A stretch of 57,704 nucleotides of DNA from a virus (lineage: Duplodnaviria; Caudoviricetes), in the IMG/VR virus record IMGVR_UViG_3300032245_001105, positions 1 to 57,704 of that record; one strand, 5' to 3'. The translations under genes were made by a program, and so were the position numbers. The notes below the pieces were generated by a model. That model worked only from the letters and a program-made list of their open reading frames with translations. It ran no database searches and had not been told where the DNA came from. How positions within the stretch are numbered: position 1 is the stretch's first letter; each line of letters opens with the position of its first letter. Positions 10,401-18,508 of this stretch are shown piece by piece.

Positions 10401-10742
10401 AATATCTGCACGTATAGCATACAAACTGTTGGCTGCACCCAATGCGCTGTGGGCTGCCAGCAATCCGTATTCATTTTGTTCGTTACCATTTAACGGAGTT
10501 CCTGAACTGCTTTGCTTAAAAATAGCATAGCCCATTGCGGCAGCAAGCTCACGCTGACTTGTAAATGATTGTAATTTTCCTGCGTTGCTTTTTATTGTAC
10601 CGTATGCAATTGTGCCATCGGGTGCTGTTTTATCTTGTTCTGTTGCTAAAATGACTAGAGGTACTGTACTGGCGGCATTTGACACGTATGCGCTCATATC
10701 TGTTACTGTAATACTCTGTCCTGGTGAAACTAAAATAGCCAT
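7491..10742 (-). CDS. gp18: Tail sheath protein with large internal insertion
   Basis: N-terminal LVSPGQSITVTD. C-terminal sheath domain PPSHVMLR...PWFAPAGVRRG...VNPI...WGQKT...DRINVARL...FEPND...EFIYIPI. Confidence 0.95.
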   Translation of the reverse strand: MAILVSPGQSITVTDMSAYVSNAASTVPLVILATEQDKTAPDGTIAYGTIKSNAGKLQSFTSQRELAAAMGYAIFKQSSSGTPLNGNEQNEYGLLAAHSALGAANSLYAIRADIDLAQLEATSNRPDSPPVNGTYWLDLTNTTWGINTWDASTETFSTVTPTVITSSDDLSSGTPLTSIGTIGSYAVVVASTDNGVFYKNSTNTWVQVGTTAWQNSHATVTGTEISPTFAANCVITINRSTVSMTTATTLSAVVGKINDAAIPGVTASADNNKLNIFATSSAQGTVNGTADGKVQLSDTSGTLFATAGIDEGLYYSPQVSHATYVGIPNWRATDNTPAPSGSVFIKTSVQGNGMSLAVKQYNALAGTWTTMAVPVYNSSATAIYNLDVSGGGNGIAEGSVYARHYINSNRSQVGFRLMFRKAGPKTVVTGTTPTGNFTVGHSFKIQVSRLGYESLSSEVTVSLSGTTTASFVSDTLAALGAAGIDYVTASVTNGLITFTHLYGGEIILNNVSNSPLTVAGFTTSTTGVTTDPATPGLVLSNWVPGGTGTGYQTYTYSFYTPYQAPADGTLWYYGDAADVDIMINNSGWKGYRNVSSDARGYNLTNTDPAGVIVSASEPTTQTDNTALVAGDLWLDSGDLVNYPALYRYNGAKFVSIDITDQTGQNGIVFADARWDTDGTTDVVTGSYPLITDLLYSDYIDQDAPDHRLYPRGTLLFNTRRSGFNVKQYISNYFNATSFPDTPAVPNAGSSLPDVAATWQTVSGLKFNGSMYAGPAAQRNMVVKAMQSAIAASAEIREDQFAYNIICAPGYQELIDDMVGLNNDRANTAFIIGDTPMTLAPNAVNIVNWSNNSDGTGLSTADPYLGVYYPSAVSTDVRGNTVVVPPSHVMLRTFIRNDSVSYPWFAPAGVRRGLVDNATDVGYINQDTGEFTRNGISQGLRDSMYQTNVNPITILPGVGMVVWGQKTRNPVTSSLDRINVARLVNYIRTILAKVGNAYLFEPNDKITRDQIKRSIEGAMNDLVAKRGIYDYLVVCDTTNNTPNRIANNELWVDIAIEPMKDVEFIYIPIRLLNPGSIAAGQLGA

Positions 10743-10859
10743 GTTATTCTTCCTTTACATAATAGGTTATGTTATTGATATTTATTCATATAGACTAATT
10801 TTGGGCGGTTAGCTTGCCCTTTGCAAAGGTTTATGTATTAGAAAAATACTAAATACTGC

Positions 10860-11210
10860 ATGTCTGAACGCCCATTATGCCCCACTTGCTTTGAAAGGCC
10901 TGTGGCCATTAATTATCTAATAGAAAATATTGTACACTACCGGAGTATGTGCGATATTTGTGCTCGAAAAAAGAAAAAAATAAAGCCATTACCACCACAG
11001 TGGTTCAAACGTGGCTATAGAAAAAAGCCACAATGCGAATCATGTGGCTTTACATTCAAGTTTCCAGATCAAAGTTTAGTGTATCACGTTGACGGGAATT
11101 TGAATAACTGTGATCACAACAACTTAAAAACTGTTTGCTTGAACTGTAGGGTAGCCATTAATAAAGGCCGGCTGGGATGGAAACCTGCGAAGGCTGTACA
11201 AGATTTTTAA
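10860..11210 (+). CDS. Zinc-binding HNH-like protein (degenerate)
   Basis: CPTC, CDIC and CESC pairs, then YHVDGNLNNCDHNNLKTVCLNC. Confidence 0.7.
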   Translation: MSERPLCPTCFERPVAINYLIENIVHYRSMCDICARKKKKIKPLPPQWFKRGYRKKPQCESCGFTFKFPDQSLVYHVDGNLNNCDHNNLKTVCLNCRVAINKGRLGWKPAKAVQDF

Positions 11211-11805
11211 GCTGAGTATACAAGTGCTCAATGCTGTGATTGTTGTCGATTATGACATCAAAATCAGTACCGGCCCACGAGTATTCGCTGGCATGAACGC
11301 CGTTAAGTCCTAGCCACTCACGAGCTTTGTTATCGCCTCGGTTGGCCTGTTCAGCAATGCTATACCAGTGAGGGGTCGTACCACGTTGGATCCATACTAT
11401 CTTAGCACCTTGATCTTTTAGTCCCCGGATTTCGTTGGGGAAGCGACAATCGCTGATCACCACATTGTCTCGTGCTGTTCTCAATTTGTTTTCTAGGCTG
11501 GCAATCCAAATGTCATCGTGAAAGTGTCGGCGCAATACTTCGGTTCCCCAGTGTTGTAACACCCATCTAGGAGTAAGTTCACGGATGCCCAGGCGTTCAC
11601 TCCACCACAAGTCCAGTTGTTCACGCCACTCGCGGCTTTGTTTGGTGCGGCCTTCCAGCATTTCCCGGTCCCAACCAAACACTGCCGAAGCCGCATCTTT
11701 AAGGGTGGCTGCAAAGCTCTCACGTCGAAACTCATGAAAGTTAACCAAATAGTCGGCCGCAGTATCTTTGCCCGATCCAATAAATCCGCAAATACCAATG
11801 ATCAT
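11158..11805 (-). CDS. gp1: Deoxynucleoside monophosphate kinase (T4 gp1-like)
   Basis: IIGICGFIGSGKDT P-loop; FAATLKD, TPRWVLQHWGTE, VISDCRFPNE and HASE motifs. Confidence 0.92.
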   Translation of the reverse strand: MIIGICGFIGSGKDTAADYLVNFHEFRRESFAATLKDAASAVFGWDREMLEGRTKQSREWREQLDLWWSERLGIRELTPRWVLQHWGTEVLRRHFHDDIWIASLENKLRTARDNVVISDCRFPNEIRGLKDQGAKIVWIQRGTTPHWYSIAEQANRGDNKAREWLGLNGVHASEYSWAGTDFDVIIDNNHSIEHLYTQLKNLVQPSQVSIPAGLY

Positions 11806-11807
11806 AA

Positions 11808-11857
11808 AAAATGCTCCTGTTACAGAGCATTTTAACTTATTTGCGATACAAGGTCAA
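11808..11857 (-). promoter_or_regulatory. Sigma70-like promoter overlapping an RBS-sequestering / terminator hairpin upstream of the dNMP kinase
   Basis: TTGACC (11857-11852), 17 nt, TAAAAT (11834-11829). Inverted repeat AAAATGCTC-N8-GAGCATTTT at 11808-11833. Confidence 0.7.
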
Positions 11858-11859
11858 CT

Positions 11860-12573
11860 TTAGCAATTCCATTTACGCAGTGCTAAGGCTTTGCGAGTGG
11901 GTTTGCCATTGGGTTTCTTCATTGGACCTTTTACACCCGACATTCTAGCGCAGAATGATTTACGGCGTTTGGCTGCTTTCGAACCTTTTTTAAGTTTACT
12001 GGGTTTGGTTGTTACTGCTGTTTGTAGTTTGCTACCTGGGTGTTCACGACGATAGCTGGCAACACCTTTGGCATTGAGTCCACCGTTCTTGTTCTTGCCG
12101 GCTTTGCGATGCCAGGCCGCTGATTCATCTAGTAGCTCGTGATCATCTACCGATTCAAACTCTTCCCAAATCTGTTCAGCATCTACCCCGTGGTGTTGGG
12201 CCCAGGCTTCTACCATGGCTTCGATCTGATCAAACTGCTCTTCCACACTTTCGTTAGGTACATTAGGTACACACCTACGAACTTGTCCACCATTCTTGCC
12301 CTTCTTGGTGCCTTCGGCGTGTTTGCCTGGCCAGCAACGAGTGTAGCCATTGGCGTCTTTAGCACCTTTACGAATTTCATTGATATTGCCGTGTGTTTGG
12401 CACATGCCACAGTCTTCACACACCATTTCCATCACTGCGTCTTCAACACCTTCATTGTGCTTTTTCTTGCCGGCGCAGTGAGCTCGCTGACTGAAGCCTT
12501 TGGGGTGCGAACAGTTGATACTGTTCTTGTACTTTTGGCTCCATGCTTCTGTTAAAATTTCGTTAATTTTCAT
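11860..12573 (-). CDS. Modular basic protein, probable capsid-internal protein (C-terminus resembles the DUF6321-type domain of T4-like phages)
   Basis: MKINEILTEA start. Short Cys/Lys-rich modules. C-terminal AAWHRKAGKNKNGGLNAKG...RRKSFCARMSG...LRKWNC. Confidence 0.6.
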   Translation of the reverse strand: MKINEILTEAWSQKYKNSINCSHPKGFSQRAHCAGKKKHNEGVEDAVMEMVCEDCGMCQTHGNINEIRKGAKDANGYTRCWPGKHAEGTKKGKNGGQVRRCVPNVPNESVEEQFDQIEAMVEAWAQHHGVDAEQIWEEFESVDDHELLDESAAWHRKAGKNKNGGLNAKGVASYRREHPGSKLQTAVTTKPSKLKKGSKAAKRRKSFCARMSGVKGPMKKPNGKPTRKALALRKWNC

Positions 12574-12576
12574 ACG

Positions 12577-13710
12577 TTATCCTGTTACCCATGTCATTGG
12601 CATATTGCCTTCGATGTTGTTTATGAGTTGTTTTTCCAAATCTTCCATTTCGGCCTGTGCTTCAGTTTTCAGCGCATCGCCATTCAGGCTCGCGCCGCCC
12701 TGTGGTCCGGCAATTTGATTAAACTTGCTACGAGCTTCGCCCAATATGCGTTTGGCAAAACTGTAGGCATATTCTTGTAACCAAGGAAATGCGTAAACAT
12801 CATTCAACAACATTTGGTCTGGTTTTTTGTTGTATACCCAAAGCAAACAACTTTCAGCAAATTGATCTATTACATTGCTGTAAATTTTTGTTTTGTTTAA
12901 ATCAAAGCCGATAATCTCTGTACTAGTTAATGTGCGCCCAGCCGCTATAGTAAATGAAGTATGATCATCATTGCGTGTTAGTACTGGATACATGCCGTTA
13001 TAGCCTGGGTCGGGACAGTTGCTGATAATAACAGTATCACCCACACTTACCATGTAAGACTGGGCTGTTGTAAAAGTGATTGTGCTACCCACTGCTGTAC
13101 CACTGGCTGTTAATGTCGATACTCTAGCATTGGTATGCCCGGCATTGGGTATTTTGCGTACTATCGTTAGTTTTCTAGTCACTGGATTGAATGTGTAATT
13201 GATATGTCCGCCAAACATGGTCATGGCCAACTTTTGGTAACTGGCAAATAATTCATAGTTAACAAGACCACCAACACGACCCGCAACCAACATGTATGTG
13301 TTCAAGTAGCCGCTAGCAAATGGTTCAAATTGGCTGGCTGTAGTACCTGTAACTGATCCAATACCTCTGCGGAACACTTGCCGTACAGACTGTATTTCCG
13401 CCGGTAGTATATATTCTTGCGTTTCAGGTAACAAGTCCAAGAACGCATAACTTTCTTCAACAGCATTGGCACTACGCTGGCGATATTTGATCAGGGCCTG
13501 TTTAATGGCCATTTCGTAATGTTCAAGTTCTAGCTCAACATCCACAATGCCATCGCCCAGCCGCATACGAATATAGTCAACTACTTCGGCCCGTTTGGCA
13601 TTTGAACTGTCGTAAAGTGTTTCATCGTATGCTATCGGGCCCGGACCTGCCAAACTATCGGTAGTTAAACTACCTTGTGCGCTGAGCCCGGTTTTAATTG
13701 TTACACTCAT
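12577..13710 (-). CDS. gp13: Neck protein (gp13-like) with inserted beta-rich domain
   Basis: YIRMRLGDGIVDVELE...WLQEYAYSFAKRILGEARSKF...GPQGGASLNGDALKTEA. Confidence 0.88.
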   Translation of the reverse strand: MSVTIKTGLSAQGSLTTDSLAGPGPIAYDETLYDSSNAKRAEVVDYIRMRLGDGIVDVELELEHYEMAIKQALIKYRQRSANAVEESYAFLDLLPETQEYILPAEIQSVRQVFRRGIGSVTGTTASQFEPFASGYLNTYMLVAGRVGGLVNYELFASYQKLAMTMFGGHINYTFNPVTRKLTIVRKIPNAGHTNARVSTLTASGTAVGSTITFTTAQSYMVSVGDTVIISNCPDPGYNGMYPVLTRNDDHTSFTIAAGRTLTSTEIIGFDLNKTKIYSNVIDQFAESCLLWVYNKKPDQMLLNDVYAFPWLQEYAYSFAKRILGEARSKFNQIAGPQGGASLNGDALKTEAQAEMEDLEKQLINNIEGNMPMTWVTG

Positions 13711-13754
13711 AGGAAATCCTGTTTACAGTATTTATTACCGAAACAGGATTCCTA
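13708..13754 (-). promoter_or_regulatory. Hairpin sequestering the gp13 RBS/AUG, with a late promoter (TAAATA 13729-13734) in its loop
   Basis: ATAGGAATCCTGTTT...AAACAGGATTTCCTAT(G) inverted repeat on the minus strand. Confidence 0.75.
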
Positions 13755-13755
13755 T

Positions 13756-14925
13756 TTATTGCACTCGGAGCAACACTATGTCTGCGTTGATACGCCCAGT
13801 TAGTAGTGTTTCTGTGGCACGAACATCGTCTAAGAACTTGCGTAACTGCACTTTACCTGCTTTGGCAAACTCTTTGAGCTTTTCCTCAGGCTTGCGTAGT
13901 GTTTTACTGGTGCTCTTTTGTTCATCAAAGTTGATGATTGTGGTACCCTTGACACTGAGTGTTTGATATGCGGCCGCTATGTACTTGCCCAATTTGCGTG
14001 TCTTTGTGTTATACACCCACAACTCGCTGGCACCCAATATATCTGCAGGATTAATGGACACAATCTTTAGTGCTGTATCAGTTTTTGCATACTTGAGCTT
14101 GGCAATTAGTTTTTCCTTGCTGGGTGCTTTCTTGACACGGGCTTTCTTGGTGGCTTTCTTGACTCCGCGATACTGTTCCACTGCCGCCAGCAAGTTGTCA
14201 ATCCATCCAATCATGCGTCGGAAGTCAGCGGCTTTATAGTGACTGTAGCCTTCTCGTACTTGCTCGTCGGTTCGACTCTGTGCAAGTTCCAATTCTGCTC
14301 GGCGTTTGCTGTACAGAGTTTCATATTTGCCCAATTGGCTTTGCACCACATTGTTGGCAACTAAAAAGTCGTATGGCTTAAAGTCAACTTTGTTGTTTAG
14401 GTGTACTTCGTCGTATATGCCCTCCAGTTCACCAATGATTTCACTAGTACGTTCGTTTAAACGGTCTTGGATCGTGGGTCGATACACTTCCACTTTGTCT
14501 ACTGCAACTTCAACAGCTTCGGGTTCTGCCAACTCAATGCTTTTTGCAATGGCTTCCTTTAAGAAGTCAGTGTGGCGGGCTTTTAACGGCATACCTTGGC
14601 GGTGTGCCATGACCAAACTACATGCTGTCATTGACATGCTACGATCTGAGCTACGGATAAAAGCACTAACATCTCGTTTAGTAAATGTTTTTTCTTGCTT
14701 TTGCATCCACTCGATTACGTATTTTTTACAATCTTTTTGATTGTAGTGATAATTGTAGTAGTAAAAACTACCACGCAGGTAATGGTCAAAATCAGAGTCT
14801 GAGAACGCCAGTGCTTGTTCGGTGTCCCAAATCGGTTCTGGGCCAGTGTATTTCTCATCAGCAAACTTGGTTCGCTGAACCCTGGGTGCCTTGTTTTTAA
14901 TCTTGATGCCTGCTACTGTAGCCAT
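13756..14925 (-). CDS. Hypothetical phage protein (389 aa, Lys-rich C-terminal domain)
   Basis: Long ORF, AGGAG RBS, coupled to the upstream small ORF. No function recognised. Confidence 0.8.
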   Translation of the reverse strand: MATVAGIKIKNKAPRVQRTKFADEKYTGPEPIWDTEQALAFSDSDFDHYLRGSFYYYNYHYNQKDCKKYVIEWMQKQEKTFTKRDVSAFIRSSDRSMSMTACSLVMAHRQGMPLKARHTDFLKEAIAKSIELAEPEAVEVAVDKVEVYRPTIQDRLNERTSEIIGELEGIYDEVHLNNKVDFKPYDFLVANNVVQSQLGKYETLYSKRRAELELAQSRTDEQVREGYSHYKAADFRRMIGWIDNLLAAVEQYRGVKKATKKARVKKAPSKEKLIAKLKYAKTDTALKIVSINPADILGASELWVYNTKTRKLGKYIAAAYQTLSVKGTTIINFDEQKSTSKTLRKPEEKLKEFAKAGKVQLRKFLDDVRATETLLTGRINADIVLLRVQ

Positions 14926-15155
14926 TACTTTCGCTCCTTTTTAACACGACCGATACGGCCTGCTTTGTTCCAATCATATGCAATTCCGTCGGGACACTTG
15001 CCGTCCCGAACAGAATCCACCCCAAACCGTCCTACAATTTCAAATCCGTTGCCCACAATGGTAACAAACTCGTTTAACGCTTTGGCCTGGTCCATTGCTA
15101 AATCCAGATTATCAAATTCTTGTTCTTGGGTTTTTGTTATTAATTTATACATCAT
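14925..15155 (-). CDS. Small hypothetical early protein (76 aa; start corrected to MMYKL)
   Basis: ATG lies about 7 nt downstream of a sigma70 -10 box. The annotated upstream extension overlaps the promoter. Confidence 0.7.
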   Translation of the reverse strand: MMYKLITKTQEQEFDNLDLAMDQAKALNEFVTIVGNGFEIVGRFGVDSVRDGKCPDGIAYDWNKAGRIGRVKKERK

Positions 15156-15161
15156 ACCCGT

Positions 15162-15190
15162 ATTGTAGCAAATCAACCATTTTGTGTCAA
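15162..15190 (-). promoter_or_regulatory. Sigma70-type early promoter
   Basis: TTGACA-17 nt-TACAAT. Confidence 0.8.
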
Positions 15191-15454
15191 CTAGTACATC
15201 AGTGCGGCCATTACAGCCCACTGCTCAAATGTGTTAATGGCCTCTGTGTATTCGGCTTGTAATTCTGTATACTTTTGTGTTAATTTATTCCTGCGCCTGC
15301 ACGACACCATTTCTTTGTCCATTTTGGTGTAAATTTCACGGCAGTTTTTGTAAAACTTATACAAAGTGCTACGGGCACGAATGTCCTTGGTGTGGGAAAC
15401 TGACGCTAGAAGCTCCTCTAGTTTGGCAATATGGGCTTCGTGTTGTGATTGCAT
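15191..15454 (-). CDS. Small helical hypothetical early protein
   Basis: 87-aa ORF immediately downstream of a consensus sigma70 promoter. Confidence 0.7.
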   Translation of the reverse strand: MQSQHEAHIAKLEELLASVSHTKDIRARSTLYKFYKNCREIYTKMDKEMVSCRRRNKLTQKYTELQAEYTEAINTFEQWAVMAALMY

Positions 15455-15462
15455 AAGTGCGT

Positions 15463-15491
15463 ATTATACGATAAAAGTCAATACATGTCAA
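15463..15491 (-). promoter_or_regulatory. Perfect-consensus sigma70 promoter
   Basis: TTGACA (15491-15486), 17 nt, TATAAT (15468-15463). Confidence 0.9.
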
Positions 15492-15520
15492 ACCCATAAA
15501 TACTACAATAAGGAATAACT

Positions 15521-16666
15521 ATGGCTCGCCTATCACTATGGAAAGACGGTAAACACTCAAATGATTACAAGTTCTTTGATCGCAGAATTAGCGAAATGTT
15601 TACCATGGGTGGAACCGGTATTATCATACACAAATACCTAGGCACAAATCAACAAACAGACAGCACGGACCTAACTCAGCCCAACTACACAAATCAAAGC
15701 GAAAAGAACATACAAGATTTGTTGTTTGTAGAAAACCGTGACCGCAAATACGATCGAGATGTTTACAAGATGCGTGGCATTTATACTCGTGCTGATCAAG
15801 ATTTTGATTTAAGCCAATTTGGCCTGTTCTTGCAAACAGGCACCTTGTTCATGACCTTTCATATCAACGACATGATGGACACCATTGGTCGTAAGTTAAT
15901 GGCTGGCGATGTACTAGAATTAGAGCATTTAAAAGATTACAATGCATTGGATCAAGATGTTCCTGCGGCATTGAAGCGTTACTATGTCATTGCCGATGCT
16001 AGTTTGGCCGCAGAAGGATTTACACCAACTTGGTGGCCGCACTTATGGCGTGTCAAAATCAATCCCTTGGTAGACAGCCAAGAGTACAAAGACATTCTCA
16101 GTACCATTGTGGAAGGCACTGCCAGTACCACCACTGCTGATATTATGAGCAACTACGGTGTTTACATGAACATCAATGCGGCTGTAGTGGCACAGGCCGA
16201 AGTAGATGTACCATTGAGTGGATATGATACCAGCAAAATGTATTTGTCTCCAGAGTATGGCGGAATTTATGCCAACAGTAGTGCAGTCACCGCAGACAGT
16301 GTATCCACCACTGCTGATGAGACTACCATTAGTCCGGCAGATAAACTAAAAGGTTACTTGGTAGGAGATGGATTAGCTCCGGATGGTTTGCCTTGCGGAA
16401 CTGGCATAGAGTTCCCAACCAATCCCAGCAAAGGGGATTATTTCTTACGTACAGATTATTTGCCCAACCGGCTATTCCGGTTTAGTGGAGCTCGATGGGC
16501 AACAATTGAAGAAAAACTACGTGCCAACTTGACATTGGGAGCCGAGTCTGGAACATTACGTAATAGTTTTGTCAACAACACAAATACTTCTACCAACATA
16601 GAAGGCGAAACTGTTCCCGAACGACAGAGTCTAAGCAAAGCATTTAAATTAAGAGCGGACAACTAA
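15521..16666 (+). CDS. gp14: Neck / head-closure protein (gp14-like)
   Basis: DLLFVENRDRKYD...FDLSQFGLFL...MTFHINDM...GRKLMAGDVLEL. Directly precedes the gp15-like gene. TAAATA at 15497-15502. Confidence 0.7.
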   Translation: MARLSLWKDGKHSNDYKFFDRRISEMFTMGGTGIIIHKYLGTNQQTDSTDLTQPNYTNQSEKNIQDLLFVENRDRKYDRDVYKMRGIYTRADQDFDLSQFGLFLQTGTLFMTFHINDMMDTIGRKLMAGDVLELEHLKDYNALDQDVPAALKRYYVIADASLAAEGFTPTWWPHLWRVKINPLVDSQEYKDILSTIVEGTASTTTADIMSNYGVYMNINAAVVAQAEVDVPLSGYDTSKMYLSPEYGGIYANSSAVTADSVSTTADETTISPADKLKGYLVGDGLAPDGLPCGTGIEFPTNPSKGDYFLRTDYLPNRLFRFSGARWATIEEKLRANLTLGAESGTLRNSFVNNTNTSTNIEGETVPERQSLSKAFKLRADN

Positions 16667-18046
16667 ATGGCACAGCAATTTTTTTACGATAGTCAAATTC
16701 GGCGTTTCTTAACGCAGTTTATCAGAGTTGTATCCGGCTTTCAAGTTGAGTTTGGGCAGGGCACTAATGGACAGAGGTCTTTGCAACAGGTTCCTGTACT
16801 GTATGGAGATCCCAGTAGACAAGCGGCGCAAATACTTAAACAAAACAGCGAAAACTTACTAAGTAGTGTTCCTGCAATGAGTGTGTATATCAGTGCATTG
16901 GACTACAACCGAGAGGCCATGGCTGACCCCACATTCATTAGTAAAATCAATGTCAGACAGAGGGAGTACGATCCAACCACCGGCGACTATTTACACGGCC
17001 CCGGAGATTCGTACACAGTAGAAAGATTAATGCCAGTCCCATATAAACTAACACTAAAATTGGATATTTGGACTAGCAACACCGAACAGAAATTACAATT
17101 AATTGAACAATTGGCTCAACTTTTTAATCCCAGTTTAGAACTACAGAGCACTGACAATTATATTGACTGGGGCAGTTTAACTGTGGTAGAACTAAAAAGC
17201 ACAGTATGGGATTCAAGATCAGTCCCAGCCGGTGCAGATGAATCTATTAGTGTTGCCACACTGCAATTTGAAATGCCAATTTGGATTTCTAGTCCGGCCA
17301 AAGTTAAACGGCTTGGTGTTGTCACAAACATGATCAATAATGTATTTGATTCCAATGGAAACATCAGCGAAGATGTTTTCACCAGCGCGGATTTAATGAC
17401 CCGCCGTGTTGTGTCATTAAGGGACTATCATTTGTTGTATATTGGTAATACCCTAAAACTTATCAAGAACACCGAACTTGGAGCGAACCCATCGCTGGCC
17501 AATGCCGAATTTGACAGTTGGGTGCAACTTATGGGCAAGATTGGTAAAGTTAGAAATGGTGTTAGTCAAGTAAGACTGCGCCACCCAAACGGCATTAGTG
17601 AGGTGGTCGGCACAATTGCCAATCATCCAACAGACGGAACATCCATGCTGTACACCCCCAATGTGGATACCTTGCCTGGAAACACTTTGTCGCCAGTAAC
17701 AGCAATTATTGACCCTGCCACAGTGGATGTTGAAGATTATTCATTGATGGCTCCTGTTTCGGGCACAAGATATTTGATTTTAAACCCCATTGGCCGTTAT
17801 ACTAATACGGAAGCTGCCGAGGCCTGGGATAAAACAAATCCACTGTTTGTTGCCAATGCCGGAGACATCATCGAATACAGAAATGGACAATGGACTGTGT
17901 CATTTGACAGTGAAAATAGTGACGACTATCAGTATGTCACAAACCTAACTACCACTGTGCAATACAAGTACGACTTCGATACACGTGAGTGGGCAAAAAG
18001 TGTTGAGGGTGTGTATAATTTTAACAACTGGAGTATTGTAATTTAA
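16667..18046 (+). CDS. gp15: Tail sheath stabiliser / tail terminator (gp15-like) with C-terminal extension
   Basis: FFYDSQIRRFLTQF...VPVLYG...MPVPYKLTLKLDIWT...QLIEQLAQLFNP. Confidence 0.85.
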   Translation: MAQQFFYDSQIRRFLTQFIRVVSGFQVEFGQGTNGQRSLQQVPVLYGDPSRQAAQILKQNSENLLSSVPAMSVYISALDYNREAMADPTFISKINVRQREYDPTTGDYLHGPGDSYTVERLMPVPYKLTLKLDIWTSNTEQKLQLIEQLAQLFNPSLELQSTDNYIDWGSLTVVELKSTVWDSRSVPAGADESISVATLQFEMPIWISSPAKVKRLGVVTNMINNVFDSNGNISEDVFTSADLMTRRVVSLRDYHLLYIGNTLKLIKNTELGANPSLANAEFDSWVQLMGKIGKVRNGVSQVRLRHPNGISEVVGTIANHPTDGTSMLYTPNVDTLPGNTLSPVTAIIDPATVDVEDYSLMAPVSGTRYLILNPIGRYTNTEAAEAWDKTNPLFVANAGDIIEYRNGQWTVSFDSENSDDYQYVTNLTTTVQYKYDFDTREWAKSVEGVYNFNNWSIVI

Positions 18047-18508
18047 ATGTTATCAAGTACAGGTGCATTGATATATTGCATCCAAACACATCGATATTTG
18101 TTTTTACTTAGAAACAGCAACCGACACTCAGGTAATTGGGGAATTGTGGGCGGCAAAGTAGAAGAGGGTGAGTCAGTTATACAAGGATTGCATCGCGAAA
18201 TACGAGAAGAACTTGGTGGAGAAATTACAGGTGCTAAAATTATCCCTATCGAACAATATACTAGCGACAATGATAAGTTTGTGTTTCACACTTACTTGAT
18301 TAGTGTAGACGAAGAGTTTGTACCTGTATTAAATCACGAGCACCGAGGATACTGTTGGGTTCCCTTAGACGGTTATCCTAAACCATTGCATCCAGGTGTG
18401 TGGCGCAGTTTTAAGTTTACTGCTATTATAGATAAATTACGAACTATGGAGACTGTGTTATCCGATGTCGGCTTCAAGGACAAACTCTCTAAAAGTAATC
18501 TGTCTTAA
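18047..18508 (+). CDS. Nudix hydrolase
   Basis: Nudix box GGKVEEGESVIQGLHREIREELG. Confidence 0.92.
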   Translation: MLSSTGALIYCIQTHRYLFLLRNSNRHSGNWGIVGGKVEEGESVIQGLHREIREELGGEITGAKIIPIEQYTSDNDKFVFHTYLISVDEEFVPVLNHEHRGYCWVPLDGYPKPLHPGVWRSFKFTAIIDKLRTMETVLSDVGFKDKLSKSNLS

